Positions 1-11,000 of a DNA stretch of 64,000 nucleotides are shown here, in pieces. Below the pieces are notes generated by a model that searched no databases, was not told the DNA's origin, and saw only the letters and a program-made list of their open reading frames with translations. Made by a program: the position numbers and the translations under genes. The stretch's first letter is position 1, and every line of letters begins with the position of its first letter. The stretch is from an uncultured Actinomycetota bacterium (GTDB taxonomy: Bacteria; Actinomycetota; Actinomycetes; Propionibacteriales; Nocardioidaceae): NCBI GenBank assembly GCA_963768045.1, contig CAVYGG010000005.1:487269-551268 (forward strand), given 5' to 3'.

Positions 1-800
1 GAGCGGCGCAGGGACAGCAGCCCGACGACGAGGGGAAGGACGATCCAGATCATCGTGGTCGAGCCGAGCATCGCCCACTCCTTGACAGTGTTCGTGGCGC
101 CATCGAGGAGCGCCACCTGCGTGTAGTGCCAGTCGATCCACGGCTGCAGGTCCTCGAACCACGAACGCACCTGAGCCAGGAGCGCGAGGATGCCCGGCAT
201 GACCAGTGAAGCGACGAAGTAGCCCACGATCGCGGCCGCGGAGTTGCGCAGCACGACACCGAGGGCGAAGCCGAAGGCCATGCCAACCAGGTTGTAGAGC
301 ATCATCTGGAGTGCCATGGACAACGAGATGTCCCACGCGGTGTCGACGCCTGCGAGCGCGGACCCGGCCACGTTGCCGAGGGCGCCGACCGCGAAGGCGA
401 CGGAGACGGCGCCGAGGCCCACCAGGAGGGTCGCGATCGCCTTGGCGCCGATCACGCGTCCGCGGCTCGGCACCAGGGTGAACGTCGTGAGCCCACTTCG
501 CTGGCTCCACTCACCGGTGACGGCCAGGATCGCGATGATCGGCAAGATCACCGACATCGGGAACCCGCTCGCCCTCACGAAGTTCTGGTAGGTGACGTCG
601 CTGTTGAGGCCGAGGACGAGGAGCGACCCGGCCGAGATGGGCGACAGGACGCCGATGCTGATGAGCATCCAGAATCCCGAGCGGGTGTTGAACATCTTGC
701 GCAGCTCGACCTTGACGAGTCGGGTGGTCGGGATGGGCTGGGCGGTCCGTCGGGCCGGCTCGGCCTCGATGGTGTCGGGAGTGATGATCGTGGCGGTCAT
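1..800 (-). CDS. ABC-2 type transporter permease (3' end runs off the window)
   Basis: Manual translation from ATG at 800: MTATIITPDTIEAEPARRTAQPIPTTRLVKVELRKMFNTRSGFWMLISIG...EWAMLGSTTMIWIVLPLVVGLLSLRRS. Multiple hydrophobic segments; start overlaps the stop of the upstream ATPase (ATGA). Confidence 0.85.
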   Translation of the reverse strand, partial: MTATIITPDTIEAEPARRTAQPIPTTRLVKVELRKMFNTRSGFWMLISIGVLSPISAGSLLVLGLNSDVTYQNFVRASGFPMSVILPIIAILAVTGEWSQRSGLTTFTLVPSRGRVIGAKAIATLLVGLGAVSVAFAVGALGNVAGSALAGVDTAWDISLSMALQMMLYNLVGMAFGFALGVVLRNSAAAIVGYFVASLVMPGILALLAQVRSWFEDLQPWIDWHYTQVALLDGATNTVKEWAMLGSTTMIWIVLPLVVGLLSLRR

Positions 801-1698
801 GCCGCAACTCCTTCGCGTTGGGTGTCGGCGGTGAGCGACAGGAACATGTCTTCGAGCCCGGCGCCCTCGGCGGACCGGAGCTCGGTGAGGGCGATGCCGG
901 CGGTCAGGGCCACGGCCCCGACCCGAGCGGGGTCGGCGTCGGTGCGGACCGAGCCGTCGCCTGGCGAGCGTGCTGGGGATCCCGGCCTGCTCGAGGGCGT
1001 GCGCGAGGTCGCGCGGTGACGTCGACCGGACGAGCGTCCCCGCTGCGGCGAGCAGCTCTTCCTTGGTGCCGGACGCGACGATCTTGCCGTTGCCGATCAC
1101 GACCAGGTCGTCGGCGATGACCTCGATCTCGTGCAGCAGGTGCGAGGACAACAGGACGGTGCCGCCCTGGCTGGCGAAGCCCGTCAGCAGGTCGCGCATC
1201 CACCGGATCCCGGCAGGGTCGAGCCCGTTGGCCGGTTCGTCGAGGATCAGCACCTGGGGGTCTCCGAGGAGTGCGGTGGCGATGCCGAGGCGTTGACGCA
1301 TGCCGAGGGAGTAGTTGCGCACCCGGCGCTTGGCCTCGGTGGGGGTCAGGCTCGACGAGCTCGAGCATCTCGTCGACCCGGGTGCGGGGCAGACCCATGG
1401 TGTCGGCGGCGATCGTGAGGATCTCGCGTCCGGTGCGACCGGCGTGCTGGGCGGAGGCGTCCAGGAGGACGCCCACCTCGAGGCCGGGGTTGGGGAGGTC
1501 GGCGAACCGTTCTCCGTTGATGGTCGCGGTGCCGGACGTCGGGACGGTCAGACCCACCATGACGCGCATCGTGGTGGACTTGCCGGCGCCGTTCGGACCG
1601 AGGAAGCCGGTCACGCGACCGGGCAGGGCAGTGAAGGAGACGTTGTCGACGGCGGTGAAGCCGGCGTACCTCCGGGTCAGTGACTCAACAGTGATCAT
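797..1698 (-). pseudogene. ABC transporter ATP-binding protein with two apparent frameshifts (~1352 and ~962); possibly sequencing errors
   Basis: Walker A GPNGAGKST in the 904..1731 frame. Signature YSLGMRQRLG, Walker B LILDEP and SSH switch are in a second frame; the C-terminal GLEDMFLSLT..EGVAA* lies beyond a second shift. Confidence 0.85.
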
Positions 1699-1829
1699 GT
1701 GACAACCCTCGCCGCGTCGCGGCGTGCGCACATCGGCGTCGAGGCCGGACCCTCCTCGGCCGTTGGGAGGAGCGGGGTCTCGTTCTTTCGGTCGGTCCCC
1801 GAGGCCTCGGCGGTCCCTAGGCTGGGCGG

Positions 1830-2972
1830 GTGATCACCAACGCCCTGCGCTCGCTGTGGGCCGAGCCCCGCGCAGCCGACGCTCCCGAACGGGTGTCGCG
1901 CGACTGGGTGCTGGTCGGGGTGTTGATGGTGACGGCGCTGCTCGAGGGAGTCCTCCGGGACGACGTCGCCTGGCGGCCGGTCGTGACGATCGTGGCGGTC
2001 GGACTCGCGCCGGTGCTGCTGTGGCGGCGTACCCACCCGTTGGTCTGTGTCGTGGTGGGCTTCGGCACCGGCATGGCGTTGGGACTGGCGAGCCAGCTGG
2101 CCGGGATCCCGGGTGTGGGCCTCAACACGATGATCTACATCCTGGTGCTCGTCTACGCGCTGGTCCGCTGGGGCTCAGGGCGTCAGATCGTGATCGGGCT
2201 GGCGGTGGTGCTGGTCGCTGCGGTATTCAGCATCGCGACCGACTACACCGGGCCGGCCGAGCTCTTCGGCGGGTTCGGCATCCTGGCGGCGGCGGCGGCG
2301 GGCGGAGCGGCGTTCCGCTACCGCGCCGAGAGCCGGCGCCGGGCGTTGGACCAGATCCGCAGCCAGGAGCGGGTCGGCCTCGCGCGCGAGCTGCACGACA
2401 TGGTCGCCCATCACGTCTCGGCGATCGCGGTGCAGGCGCAGGCGGGCCGGGCGATGGCCGGGCAGCGACCTGAGGCGGCGCTCGAGGCGCTGGCGGTCAT
2501 CGAAGGGGAAGCGTCGCGGACGCTGGCGGAGATGCGGGCGATGGTCCGGGTGCTGCGCGACGGAGCGCCGGCGGAGTACGCCCCCCAGCCCGGCGTTGCC
2601 GACCTGGCGTCGCTCGCCCGCCGCGACCCGGTCCCGGTCGTCGACGTGGAGGTGCCGGGTGACCTGGACGAACTTCCGCTCCAGGTCGACGCGGCGGTCT
2701 ACCGGCTGGCGCAAGAGGCGCTGACGAACGCCCTGCGGCACGCCCGCAACGCCTCGCGTGTGGAGATCCGGGTCGTCGAGGGTGGAGGAAGGCTGCGGCT
2801 ACGCGTGACCGACGACGGACAGATCGACCCGGTGCGGCCGGCGAGCCACGGCTTCGGGCTGCTGGGGATGACCGAGCGCGTGCAGCTGCTCGGCGGCACG
2901 TTGCGTGCCGGGCCGGCGCCCGAGGGCGGGTGGACGGTCGACGCCGAGCTGCCGACGGAGGTACGCCGATGA
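1830..2972 (+). CDS. Membrane sensor histidine kinase (HisKA_3/NarX-DesK type)
   Basis: N-terminal TM helices, ARELHDMVAH phospho-His box, QEALTNALRHA N box, VTDDG and GFGLLGMTER G boxes. Confidence 0.93.
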   Translation: MITNALRSLWAEPRAADAPERVSRDWVLVGVLMVTALLEGVLRDDVAWRPVVTIVAVGLAPVLLWRRTHPLVCVVVGFGTGMALGLASQLAGIPGVGLNTMIYILVLVYALVRWGSGRQIVIGLAVVLVAAVFSIATDYTGPAELFGGFGILAAAAAGGAAFRYRAESRRRALDQIRSQERVGLARELHDMVAHHVSAIAVQAQAGRAMAGQRPEAALEALAVIEGEASRTLAEMRAMVRVLRDGAPAEYAPQPGVADLASLARRDPVPVVDVEVPGDLDELPLQVDAAVYRLAQEALTNALRHARNASRVEIRVVEGGGRLRLRVTDDGQIDPVRPASHGFGLLGMTERVQLLGGTLRAGPAPEGGWTVDAELPTEVRR

Positions 2973-3625
2973 CGGTGCGCGTGCTGGTGGCCGACGACCA
3001 GGACCTGGTGCGTACCGGCCTGTCCATGATCCTTGACGCGCAGCCCGGCATCGAGGTCGTCGGCCAGGCCGCCGACGGCCACGCCGCGGTCGAGCTGGCG
3101 CGTCGGCTCCGCCCCGACGTGTGCCTGGTCGACATCCGGATGCCCGGGCTCGACGGCATCGAGGTGACCGAGCTCCTCGCCGGGCGGGGCGTCCCGGACC
3201 CGATGGCGGTGGTGGTGATCACGACCTTCGACCTCGACGAGTACGTCCACGGCGCGCTTCGGGCCGGCGCCCGAGGCTTTCTGCTCAAGGACGCCGGGCC
3301 GGAGCTGCTCGTCCAGGCCGTGCATGCCGCCGCCGTCGGCGATGCCCTGATCGCGCCGAACATCACCCGGCGGCTGCTGTCCACCTTGGCCGCCAGGGAA
3401 CCGTCGAAACGACGTACCCAACCGATCGAGCCGCTCACCGACCGCGAGGAGGAGGTGCTGGCGCTGGTCGCCCGCGGCCGCACGAACGCCGAGATCGCCG
3501 CCGACCTCTTCATCGGCCTGACGACCGCCAAGACCCACGTCGCGAGCCTGCTGACCAAGATCGGCGCCCGCAACAGGGTCGAGATCGCGATGTGGGCCTA
3601 CGACACCGGCCGGGTGGGGGACTGA
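2969..3625 (+). CDS. NarL/FixJ-family response regulator (REC + LuxR HTH)
   Basis: VLVADDQ, LVDIRMP, TTFD, FLLKD; LTDREEEVL...GRTNAEIA HTH; ATGA coupling to the kinase. Confidence 0.95.
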   Translation: MTVRVLVADDQDLVRTGLSMILDAQPGIEVVGQAADGHAAVELARRLRPDVCLVDIRMPGLDGIEVTELLAGRGVPDPMAVVVITTFDLDEYVHGALRAGARGFLLKDAGPELLVQAVHAAAVGDALIAPNITRRLLSTLAAREPSKRRTQPIEPLTDREEEVLALVARGRTNAEIAADLFIGLTTAKTHVASLLTKIGARNRVEIAMWAYDTGRVGD

Positions 3626-3629
3626 AGCC

Positions 3630-3828
3630 GCCGTCCAAGGACTCGGAGAAGCCGTTCCGCCAAGCAAGCAGGATTCGATGAACGCGGTCTCGTCAAGGAG
3701 ATGCGGCGCCAGCCGCGCATCGCGTGTGCGGTGAGCTGGGTGCCGTTGTCCATCCCGATATTCGCCAGTCAACGCCCGGTTTCCGTGATCAGTTCCTCCA
3801 ACACCACGCGGGTGTCGTCGGGGATCTG
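3630..3828 (-). mobile_element. Degenerate IS3-family transposase (integrase core) fragment
   Basis: Translates as DDTRVVLEELITETGR*LANIGMDNGTQLTAHAMRGW, then with shifts ETAFIESC..NGFSESLDG. This resembles the IS3 'RxDNGPE..A...W...TAFIEPGSPWxNGxxESF' region, with an internal stop and frameshifts. Confidence 0.65.
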
Positions 3829-4161
3829 TTGGTCGGCAGCCGACATGAGGCTGGCCGCGTAGTGAGTCTTTCCGCGTATGACTGTCAAGCTCGGGCCGCC
3901 GCGCTCGACGCACTTGTCCCATTCGTCCCGCGAGCGGATCCCCTTGCGTGAGTCCGCGTAGTCGGAGCGAGTGGAGGCCTGCACCTGCCTTTCGGAAGAT
4001 CCGCGTTTACTCCGCGGAATCGGCCCGAGAAACTCCAAGAACATCCGTACCGCTCGGGTAAGGTCATAGCTGACCACGACACCGATGTCGGCTGTCGGCC
4101 CAGGTCAGGGCAGGTTCCGCCGAGTTCTTCCGAGATCCGGCGACACGTGGCGGCGATCATC

Positions 4162-4206
4162 TCGCAATGAGAAGGTCAGGGTTTCGAATCCCCCTGAGCG
4201 CCACCA
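4162..4206 (+). other. 3' half of a tRNA-Ala(CGC)-like sequence, a probable att-site remnant and not a functional tRNA
   Basis: TCGCAATGAGAAGGTCAGGGTTTCGAATCCCCCTGAGCGCCACCA: anticodon loop CGC, T-arm TTCGAATCC and 3' CCA are present; no D-arm or acceptor 5' half upstream. Confidence 0.7.
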
Positions 4207-4468
4207 CACCTAGGTGGTGACCTGCGCAGAGCCGAATCGATCGCGTCGGAACTCCGAACTCGTTCTGTTAGCGCGGATCAAGGGGGCTTTCAGTCCGCGT
4301 TGTGTCGCATTCAGGGGCTGACTGCGACCCACGTCTGGTCCAGTGACCCAGAGGGGTCCGCCAAGACCGGGACGGCTGCTTGGATGCCCTGCGTTGTGCC
4401 GCTGGCACCGCCGACCAGTCCTGCATTGGCCGTCGCCACCCTCTGCTGTGCGAACGCGCAGACCTACG

Positions 4469-5431
4469 TCAGGAGCCTGCGGGGGTCCTGGTCGCCCTCG
4501 CGTAGCGGTCCGAGAGCACGCGTAGGTGGTCGACAAGGGCGGGGGGACCGGTCACCGAGAAGTCCAGGCCCAGCATGCCGATCCAGACCGCGATTACCTC
4601 CACGCTGTCGCCGCCGGTGACCAGGACCGACTCGGTGTCGGACACCGCCTCGACGGTACCGACCGCGGGGTTGATCCTCGCCAGCACCTCCTCTGCGGCG
4701 GCGTGAACGGGGATCCGCGAGTGCACCGCCCATCCGGTGCGCGCCACCTCGCGCACGACGAACTCGGTCAGGTCGCCCGGGAACGGCTGCGGGGCGAAAC
4801 GGCGTCCGCCGGGAGTGCGCATTCGCAGCCAGTCAACCCGGTACGGCGCCCACCCGCCGGTCGCGGGGTCGCGGCCGACGAGGTACCAGCGCCGCTGCCA
4901 GCCGACCAGGTGGTAAGGCTCGATCACGCACGTCTCGTCGCGGTAGTGACAGCGCAGCCCTTGGTGGTCTCGGATCGCTGCGGCCAGCTCGTTCAGTTGC
5001 TCCGCCTCGACCACGGGATCCTCGACGTTGGAGTCGGTGTTGACCGGACCGGCGCTGGTCGCCACGCGGAGGGCCGCCAGTCGGTGACGTAGCCGGTCGG
5101 GCAGCACCTGTTCCAGCTTGGTGAGCGCTCGCCCTCCGCTCTCCTCGAACCCTGCCATCCCGGTGGCGGCGCGGAGGCCGACGACGACGGCTGCGGCCTC
5201 TGCCTCGTCCAGGAGGAGTGGCGGCATCTTGGCGCCGACGCCGAGGCGGTAGCGGCCGCCGCGTCCGCGGATCGCGTCGACGGGGTAGCCGAGGTCCCGG
5301 AGGCGCGTGACGTCGTTGCGCACCGTGCGGTCGGTGACCGCCAGCCGGTCGGCCAGCTCCGCCCCGGACCAGTCGGCACGGGACTGCAGCAGGCCGAGGA
5401 GGGCCAGCATGCGGGCGGACGTGTCGCGCAC
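4469..5431 (-). CDS. HTH-WYL domain transcriptional regulator (YafY/PafB-like)
   Basis: GTG start with AAGGAG RBS; SGAELADRLAVTDRTVRNDVTRLRDLGYP HTH_11; IEPYHLV...RRWYLVG...YRVDWL WYL motif. Confidence 0.92.
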   Translation of the reverse strand: MRDTSARMLALLGLLQSRADWSGAELADRLAVTDRTVRNDVTRLRDLGYPVDAIRGRGGRYRLGVGAKMPPLLLDEAEAAAVVVGLRAATGMAGFEESGGRALTKLEQVLPDRLRHRLAALRVATSAGPVNTDSNVEDPVVEAEQLNELAAAIRDHQGLRCHYRDETCVIEPYHLVGWQRRWYLVGRDPATGGWAPYRVDWLRMRTPGGRRFAPQPFPGDLTEFVVREVARTGWAVHSRIPVHAAAEEVLARINPAVGTVEAVSDTESVLVTGGDSVEVIAVWIGMLGLDFSVTGPPALVDHLRVLSDRYARATRTPAGS

Positions 5432-5493
5432 GGCGTACTCCTTTGCGATCCATCTGTGGCGTGATGACGGAGGTGCCAGGGTCTCGAGAATAA

Positions 5494-5510
5494 CGGAACG
5501 AAACGTTCCG
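5494..5510. promoter_or_regulatory. Perfect inverted repeat CGGAACG-AAA-CGTTCCG, candidate operator of the WYL regulator
   Basis: Lies in the divergent intergenic region between the WYL regulator and the epoxide hydrolase. Confidence 0.55.
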
Positions 5511-5562
5511 GAATTACTCATAGCGTCCTCTCTACCAGGCCAAACGAGACAGGAGACGCACC

Positions 5563-6699
5563 ATGAGCAGCACCACGACAACCCCCGAGATCCGCCCGTT
5601 CCGGGTGGAGTTCCCGCAGGCCGACCTCGACGACCTCGGCGAGCGCCTAGCGCGGACCCGGTATGCGCCGGCGGCGCCCGGCGACTCCTGGGACTACGGG
5701 ACGCCGAAGTCCTACTTGCGCGACATGGTCGAGCGCTGGAAGGCGTTCGACTGGCGTGCGGTCGAGGCCAGGATCAACGCCCGCCCGAACTTTCTGACCG
5801 AGATCGACGGCCAGACCATCCACTTCGTCCATGTGCGTTCCGAGGTCCCGGACGCGAGGCCGCTGTTGCTAGCGCACACCTATCCGGGCTCGTTCCTGGA
5901 GTTCCTCGAGATGATCGAGCCGCTGACCGACCCGGTCGCCCATGGTGGTCGGCCCGAGGACGCGTTCCATGTCGTGGTTCCGTCGGTCCCGGGCTTCGGC
6001 TTCTCCACTCCGGTCGTCGACGGCAGCTGGACGATGGCACGGGTGGCCCGCGCCTACGACTCGCTGATGCGCCGGCTCGGCTACGACTCATACGGCACGC
6101 ACGGCAGCGACGGCGGCGCCATGGTCTCCCGCGAGCTCGCGGTGCTCGATCCCGAGGGGTTCCTCGGCGCTCACGTGCTTCAGCTGTTCTCGTTCCCGAG
6201 CGGCGCGCCCGGCGAGATGGACGCCTTCGGCGAGAAAGAGTACGCCGCGCTCGCCCACCTGCAGTGGTTCCAGAGCGTGGGCGGCTACAACAGCATGAAC
6301 GCCACCCGGCCGCAGACCGTCGCTGCCGGTCTGGCGGACTCGCCCGTTGCCGTGCTCGCTTACAGCGAGCTGTTCGAGAACTTCGGCAACGGCACCAGCC
6401 TGGTGCGGCCGGAGCAGGTCCTGGCGCAGGCCACCCTCTACTGGTTGACCAACACCTACGCCACCGCGGCTCGCTACCACTACGAGGAGCAGCGCGCCGT
6501 GCCCGAGCCTGCCGTCAGCCAGGGCCGCATCGGTGTGGCCGTGTTCAAGGACGACTTCCAGACGATCCGGATCCTCGCCGAGCGGGACAACGCGAACATC
6601 GCTCACTGGTCAGAGTTCCCCCGCGGTGGGCACTACGCCGCCCTCGAGGTGCCTGATGACGTCGTCGCCGACCTGAGAGCGTTCTTCGCCCGGGCCTAG
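5563..6699 (+). CDS. Epoxide hydrolase (EHN N-terminus + alpha/beta hydrolase)
   Basis: IRPFRV..DLDDL.ERL EHN start; HTYPGS (HGxP variant); GSDGG nucleophile motif; GGHYAALEVP catalytic His; RBS GGAG. Confidence 0.9.
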   Translation: MSSTTTTPEIRPFRVEFPQADLDDLGERLARTRYAPAAPGDSWDYGTPKSYLRDMVERWKAFDWRAVEARINARPNFLTEIDGQTIHFVHVRSEVPDARPLLLAHTYPGSFLEFLEMIEPLTDPVAHGGRPEDAFHVVVPSVPGFGFSTPVVDGSWTMARVARAYDSLMRRLGYDSYGTHGSDGGAMVSRELAVLDPEGFLGAHVLQLFSFPSGAPGEMDAFGEKEYAALAHLQWFQSVGGYNSMNATRPQTVAAGLADSPVAVLAYSELFENFGNGTSLVRPEQVLAQATLYWLTNTYATAARYHYEEQRAVPEPAVSQGRIGVAVFKDDFQTIRILAERDNANIAHWSEFPRGGHYAALEVPDDVVADLRAFFARA

Positions 6700-6781
6700 C
6701 CAGCTGCGTGCAGAAGCGTCGCTGGACGGCGAGAGGGTCAGCACCCTCGGCGCGCGTCGGGTCGGCAGCCTGCCCGCGGGT

Positions 6782-6798
6782 TCACCCGAAGGGGATGA
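6782..6798. promoter_or_regulatory. Palindromic motif TCACCC-GAAGG-GGATGA (regulon box, exact)
   Basis: Exact TCAYCC-N5-GGRTGA, upstream of the FGE remnant and HAD gene. Confidence 0.7.
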
Positions 6799-6942
6799 TG
6801 CCCGCCGCTCGCTGGTGGCCCAGCATCGAAGTGGCTGCCGCGGCGAGACTGCGGAAGCCGTGCCAATCTGTCGGGTGTCCTGGACCCCGATCCCGGCAAC
6901 CGAACGATCACCAGCCGCATCCGGGAGCGAGGCGCCGAACGG

Positions 6943-7056
6943 GGCATGATCTGGATCCCGGGCGGCACCTTCCAGATGGGCTCCGACGATCATTGCCCCG
7001 AAGAGGCGCCCACGCACGAGGTGAGCATGGACGGCTTCCGGATGGACGCGCACACG
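6943..7056 (+). pseudogene. N-terminal remnant of formylglycine-generating enzyme (sulfatase-modifying factor)
   Basis: GMIWIPGGTFQMGSDDHCPEEAPTHEVSMDGFRMDAHT is the typical FGE-sulfatase N-terminus; similarity ends abruptly. Confidence 0.75.
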
Positions 7057-7100
7057 ATGCATCAGCCGAGCCCGAGCCCTAGGAAGGAATGGAGCGCGCG

Positions 7101-8027
7101 ATGACCGATCCGTTGTCCATCTGGCGGGAGGGTGCCGCCAAGGAGGCCATCCTCGGTTTCGTGGAGCAGACCTGCACGGAGGGCTCCGCCGGCTGGGTGC
7201 CGGTCGAGGAGCGGGTCGCCGTCTTCGACAACGACGGCACGCTGTGGTGCGAGAAGCCGATGCCCATCCAGCTCGACTTCGTCCTGCGCCGGCTGGCCGA
7301 GATGGCCGTGGGCGACCCGACGCTGCGCGACCGGCAACCGTGGAAGGCCGCCCACGAGCGCGACTATGCCTGGCTGGCGCAGGTCATGACGGAGCACTAC
7401 GCGGGCGACGACACCAACGTGAAGACGGTCGGGGCCGGCATCGTGGCGGCGTTCGCGAACATCACCGTCGACCAGTTCGAGGCGGACTCCCTCGAATTCC
7501 TGCGCAGTGCTCGGCACCCCACGTTGGACCGCGGCTACCTCGAGTGTGCGTACGCACCCATGCTCGAGCTCCTCTCGCACTTGAGGGCCAGCGGCTTCAC
7601 GAACTACATCGCCTCGGGTGGGGGTCGCGACTTCATGAGGCCGATCAGCCAGCAGGTCTACGGCATTCCCAGGGAAGGCGTGATCGGAAGCGCTGTCGCA
7701 CTCGCCTACATCCCGGACGAACGAGGGGGCGCCATCACCCGCCAGATGGTCGCCGACCACCTAGACGACGGTCCGGAGAAGCCGGTTCGCATCTGGACCC
7801 GCACCGGACGACGTCCCGTGCTGGCAGCCGGCAACTCCAACGGCGACATCGAGATGCTCGACTTCACCCAGCACCCGGACAAGCCCTCCCTGCGGCTCCT
7901 GGTGCTGCACGACGACCCCGAGCGGGAGTTCGACTACGTCTCAGGAGCGGAACGAGCCCTCGACCGCGCGGCCAGCAGCGGCTGGACCGTCGTCAGCATC
8001 AAGAACGACTGGGCCACGGTGTTCTGA
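7101..8027 (+). CDS. HAD-superfamily hydrolase (nonspecific acid phosphatase type)
   Basis: Motif I AVFDNDGTLWCEKP, motif II IASGGG, Lys motif GPEKP, motif IV GNSNGDIEML. Confidence 0.9.
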   Translation: MTDPLSIWREGAAKEAILGFVEQTCTEGSAGWVPVEERVAVFDNDGTLWCEKPMPIQLDFVLRRLAEMAVGDPTLRDRQPWKAAHERDYAWLAQVMTEHYAGDDTNVKTVGAGIVAAFANITVDQFEADSLEFLRSARHPTLDRGYLECAYAPMLELLSHLRASGFTNYIASGGGRDFMRPISQQVYGIPREGVIGSAVALAYIPDERGGAITRQMVADHLDDGPEKPVRIWTRTGRRPVLAAGNSNGDIEMLDFTQHPDKPSLRLLVLHDDPEREFDYVSGAERALDRAASSGWTVVSIKNDWATVF

Positions 8028-8066
8028 CGGCATCTCGTCACAGGACGTCGCCCTGAGGGCGAGGTG

Positions 8067-11000
8067 TCACGACTCCGACGCGTCCACTAGGTGTGGCACG
8101 CCGACGTCCTGGGTGAGGAGCTCCGGCGTGATGTGCTCCAGTCGGGCGCAGCCGGCCAGTCGCATGGTCGTCGTGAGCTCCTGATCGAGCAGGTTGAGCA
8201 CCCGCGCCACGCCCCCCTGCCCGTTGACGGCGAGGCCCCACACGGCAGGCCGACCGATCATCACGGCGTCGGCGCCCAAACCCAGCGCCTTCAGCACGTC
8301 GGAGCCTCGCCGAACACCACCGTCGACGAGCAGGGCCATGCGGTGGCCGGCAGTGTCGAGCGCTCGCCGGGCGCCCCGCAGCGCCTCGAGCGGCGCCGTC
8401 GCCACGTCCAGCTGCCGGCCTCCGTGGTTGGAGATGACGACGCCGTCATACCCCTCCTCAGCCGCATGGAAGACGTCCTCCTCGCGGAGGACTCCCTTGA
8501 GCCAGATCGGCAGATCGGTCTGCTGGCGCAACCAGGCGAGCCCTTCCCAGGTCATGGCCGCGTCCTTCATCGTCTCGAAGCGCAGGAGCGGTGACCGCGA
8601 TGCCAGCCCGACTCCGTCGAGATGCGGGAGATGGACCTGGCTGTCGAGCGCGAACCCATGGCGCATGTCGGTCTCCCGACGCCCGGAGACCGGCGCGTCG
8701 ACGGTCACCACCAGGCCGTGGAACCCCGCCGTGCGGGCGCGGTCGACGATCGTCGTCATCAGGTCGTGGTCGCGGAGGGGGTAGAGCTGGAGGAGGAGCG
8801 GCGCCGTCGATCCCACGAAGGCCTCCGCCACGTCCTCCAAGGAGGTCGTAGACAAGAAGGAGAGCACCATCCCGTGCCCCAGCCGCGCAGCCGCTCGCGC
8901 GGTGGCCAGCTCTCCCTCGGGGTGGACCAGCCGCTGCATCGCGGTGGGGGCGATCAGGATCGGCGAGGAGAGGGCCCGCCCGAGGAGTCGGGCCTCGGTG
9001 GAGACCGTCTCGACGTCGACGAGGACGCGGGGGCGCACGTGCAGCCAGCCATACGAGGCGCGGTTCCGCGCCAGGGCCTGCCCGTCCTCGGCTCCGCCCG
9101 CGAAGTAGTCGAAGATCGGCGCCGGGAGGACGGCCCGAGCGGCCTCCTCCATGTCGTGGAGGTTGAGCACCTGATCCGGCGTACTCGACGGTGCGCCCAC
9201 CCCCTCCACCGTGCGTTGCGCGTGCACCGGGCGGTGCGCGCGAACGACCTGACCCTCGAGGACCGACGCCCCCCGCTCCACGATCGCGAACGGCCCCACG
9301 TGGGCGCCGCTCTCGACGGCCGTCGATCCGAACCGGAGGGAGTGGTGCTCGATCGAGTGCCCGAACATCTGTGACTGATGCTCGAGGATGACACGGTCGC
9401 CGACGCTCTTGAGGTCGTACTCGCTGCCGAGCGACGAGGCCAGCAAGCATGTCCCACGGCCGACCCGGGCTCCCATCGACCGCCACAAGACGGTCAGGAA
9501 CCAGGTCCCCTGAAGTTGGGTCAGGAACGCCGCCTCCGCATCCATCACCACGGTCTCCACCAGCAGCCACCGCGTGTAGGCCCAGCCGTACGCCGGGTGC
9601 TCGCCGGCGCGCACGCGCCCCAGGACGACCCACTTGAGCAGGGGAACGCAGGCGACCTTGACCAGTCTCGGGACCAGCAGCAGCGCGGGCAGCAGGACCC
9701 ACAGGGCGGTGGTCGGCACTGCACCGACGAGCCCGTTGGCCACCGCGCCCATCAGCACGAAGCCCGCGACGTCCACCCCGCCCACAACCAACCACTGCAG
9801 CAGTGCCAAGGCGGTCTGATTGCGCGCGTACTGCACCGAGCTCACGCGGTCCGGGCGTAACGAGGCCCGGCCCACCACCCGCGGTGGCGAACCCACCGCG
9901 ACCGAGCCCCGCGGGATCACATCCCCGCCTCCGGCGACGCTCAGGTCGCCCAGGAGCGAGCCCGCGGACACCTCCGCACCGCAGAGGAGCACGCACGAGT
10001 TCGCCACGATCGCATCGTCGCCGATCCGCACCCCGGCGCTCGCTCCCTCGGCTCCGCGTGTTCCCTCCGCCTGATCGAGGGCGTACACGGCGACGTTCCC
10101 GGCGACCATGCCCCGGTCGCCGATCTCCAGCAGGTCGGGTTCGGCGGTGTAGGGCGCAGCCAGGAACGGCCGGACGCCGACTCGGGCGCCCAGGAGCCGG
10201 TACCACCAGCGCATGGGGTGGGACATCACGTTGAGCCGCAGGAACATCGCGAAGAACGGCACGTCGACCAGTCGCGCGTATACCCATCGGCTCCAGTCGG
10301 CCTCCCTCGGCAGCATGCGCTTCACGACGACGACGAGGGCGAAGTAAGCCGCCGGGATGATCACACGCAGTGCGAGAGCGGCGGCCGCGAAGAAGGACAG
10401 CGCGGCCGGCGAAGTGGACCTTCCGAGCAGCAGGTCGGCTACCGACGGCATTGCTTGGCCGAGCGCGTCGACCGTAGTGGTCACGAAGAGGATGCCGACG
10501 GCGGCGGCCAGGCTCACGAGGTAGCCGACCAGGACGAACGCCGCCACCTGCGCGCCCACGCCCGGTACATATCGTGCGGACGGCGCGGCCGGCCCGCCCG
10601 CGGCCACGCGATCGTCCACAGCCGCAAGGGGCGTCACGCTCGCGCCGGCGTCGACGACAGCGCCGCCGAGCAGGGTGCTGTGGGCGCCAATCGTGCAGCC
10701 GGCCCCGATCTCCACCGGCTCGACCACGAGCCGGCCTCCTTGTGGACGACCGGGCAGCACGGTCACGTCCCTGCCGACGACGGTGCCGTCGCCGATCGTG
10801 ATCTCCTTCATGTCGTGGAGCGCCACAGATTCCACGCGAACCTTCCTCCCGATCCGCGCGCCGCCGAGCCGGTAGAACGCCGTGAGCGCACCGGTCCCTC
10901 GCAGGACTCCCAGCTGGGCCTCGACGGCGCGGAGGGTCTGGCGCGCGAGCAGCCAGCGGAAGTATGACGGACTCCACAGGTCGGCCTGCCCTCCGGGCCG

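Noticed and set aside
4162-4206. Functional tRNA gene
   Set aside because: The 5' acceptor strand and D-arm are absent; only the 3' half is present, with mismatches.
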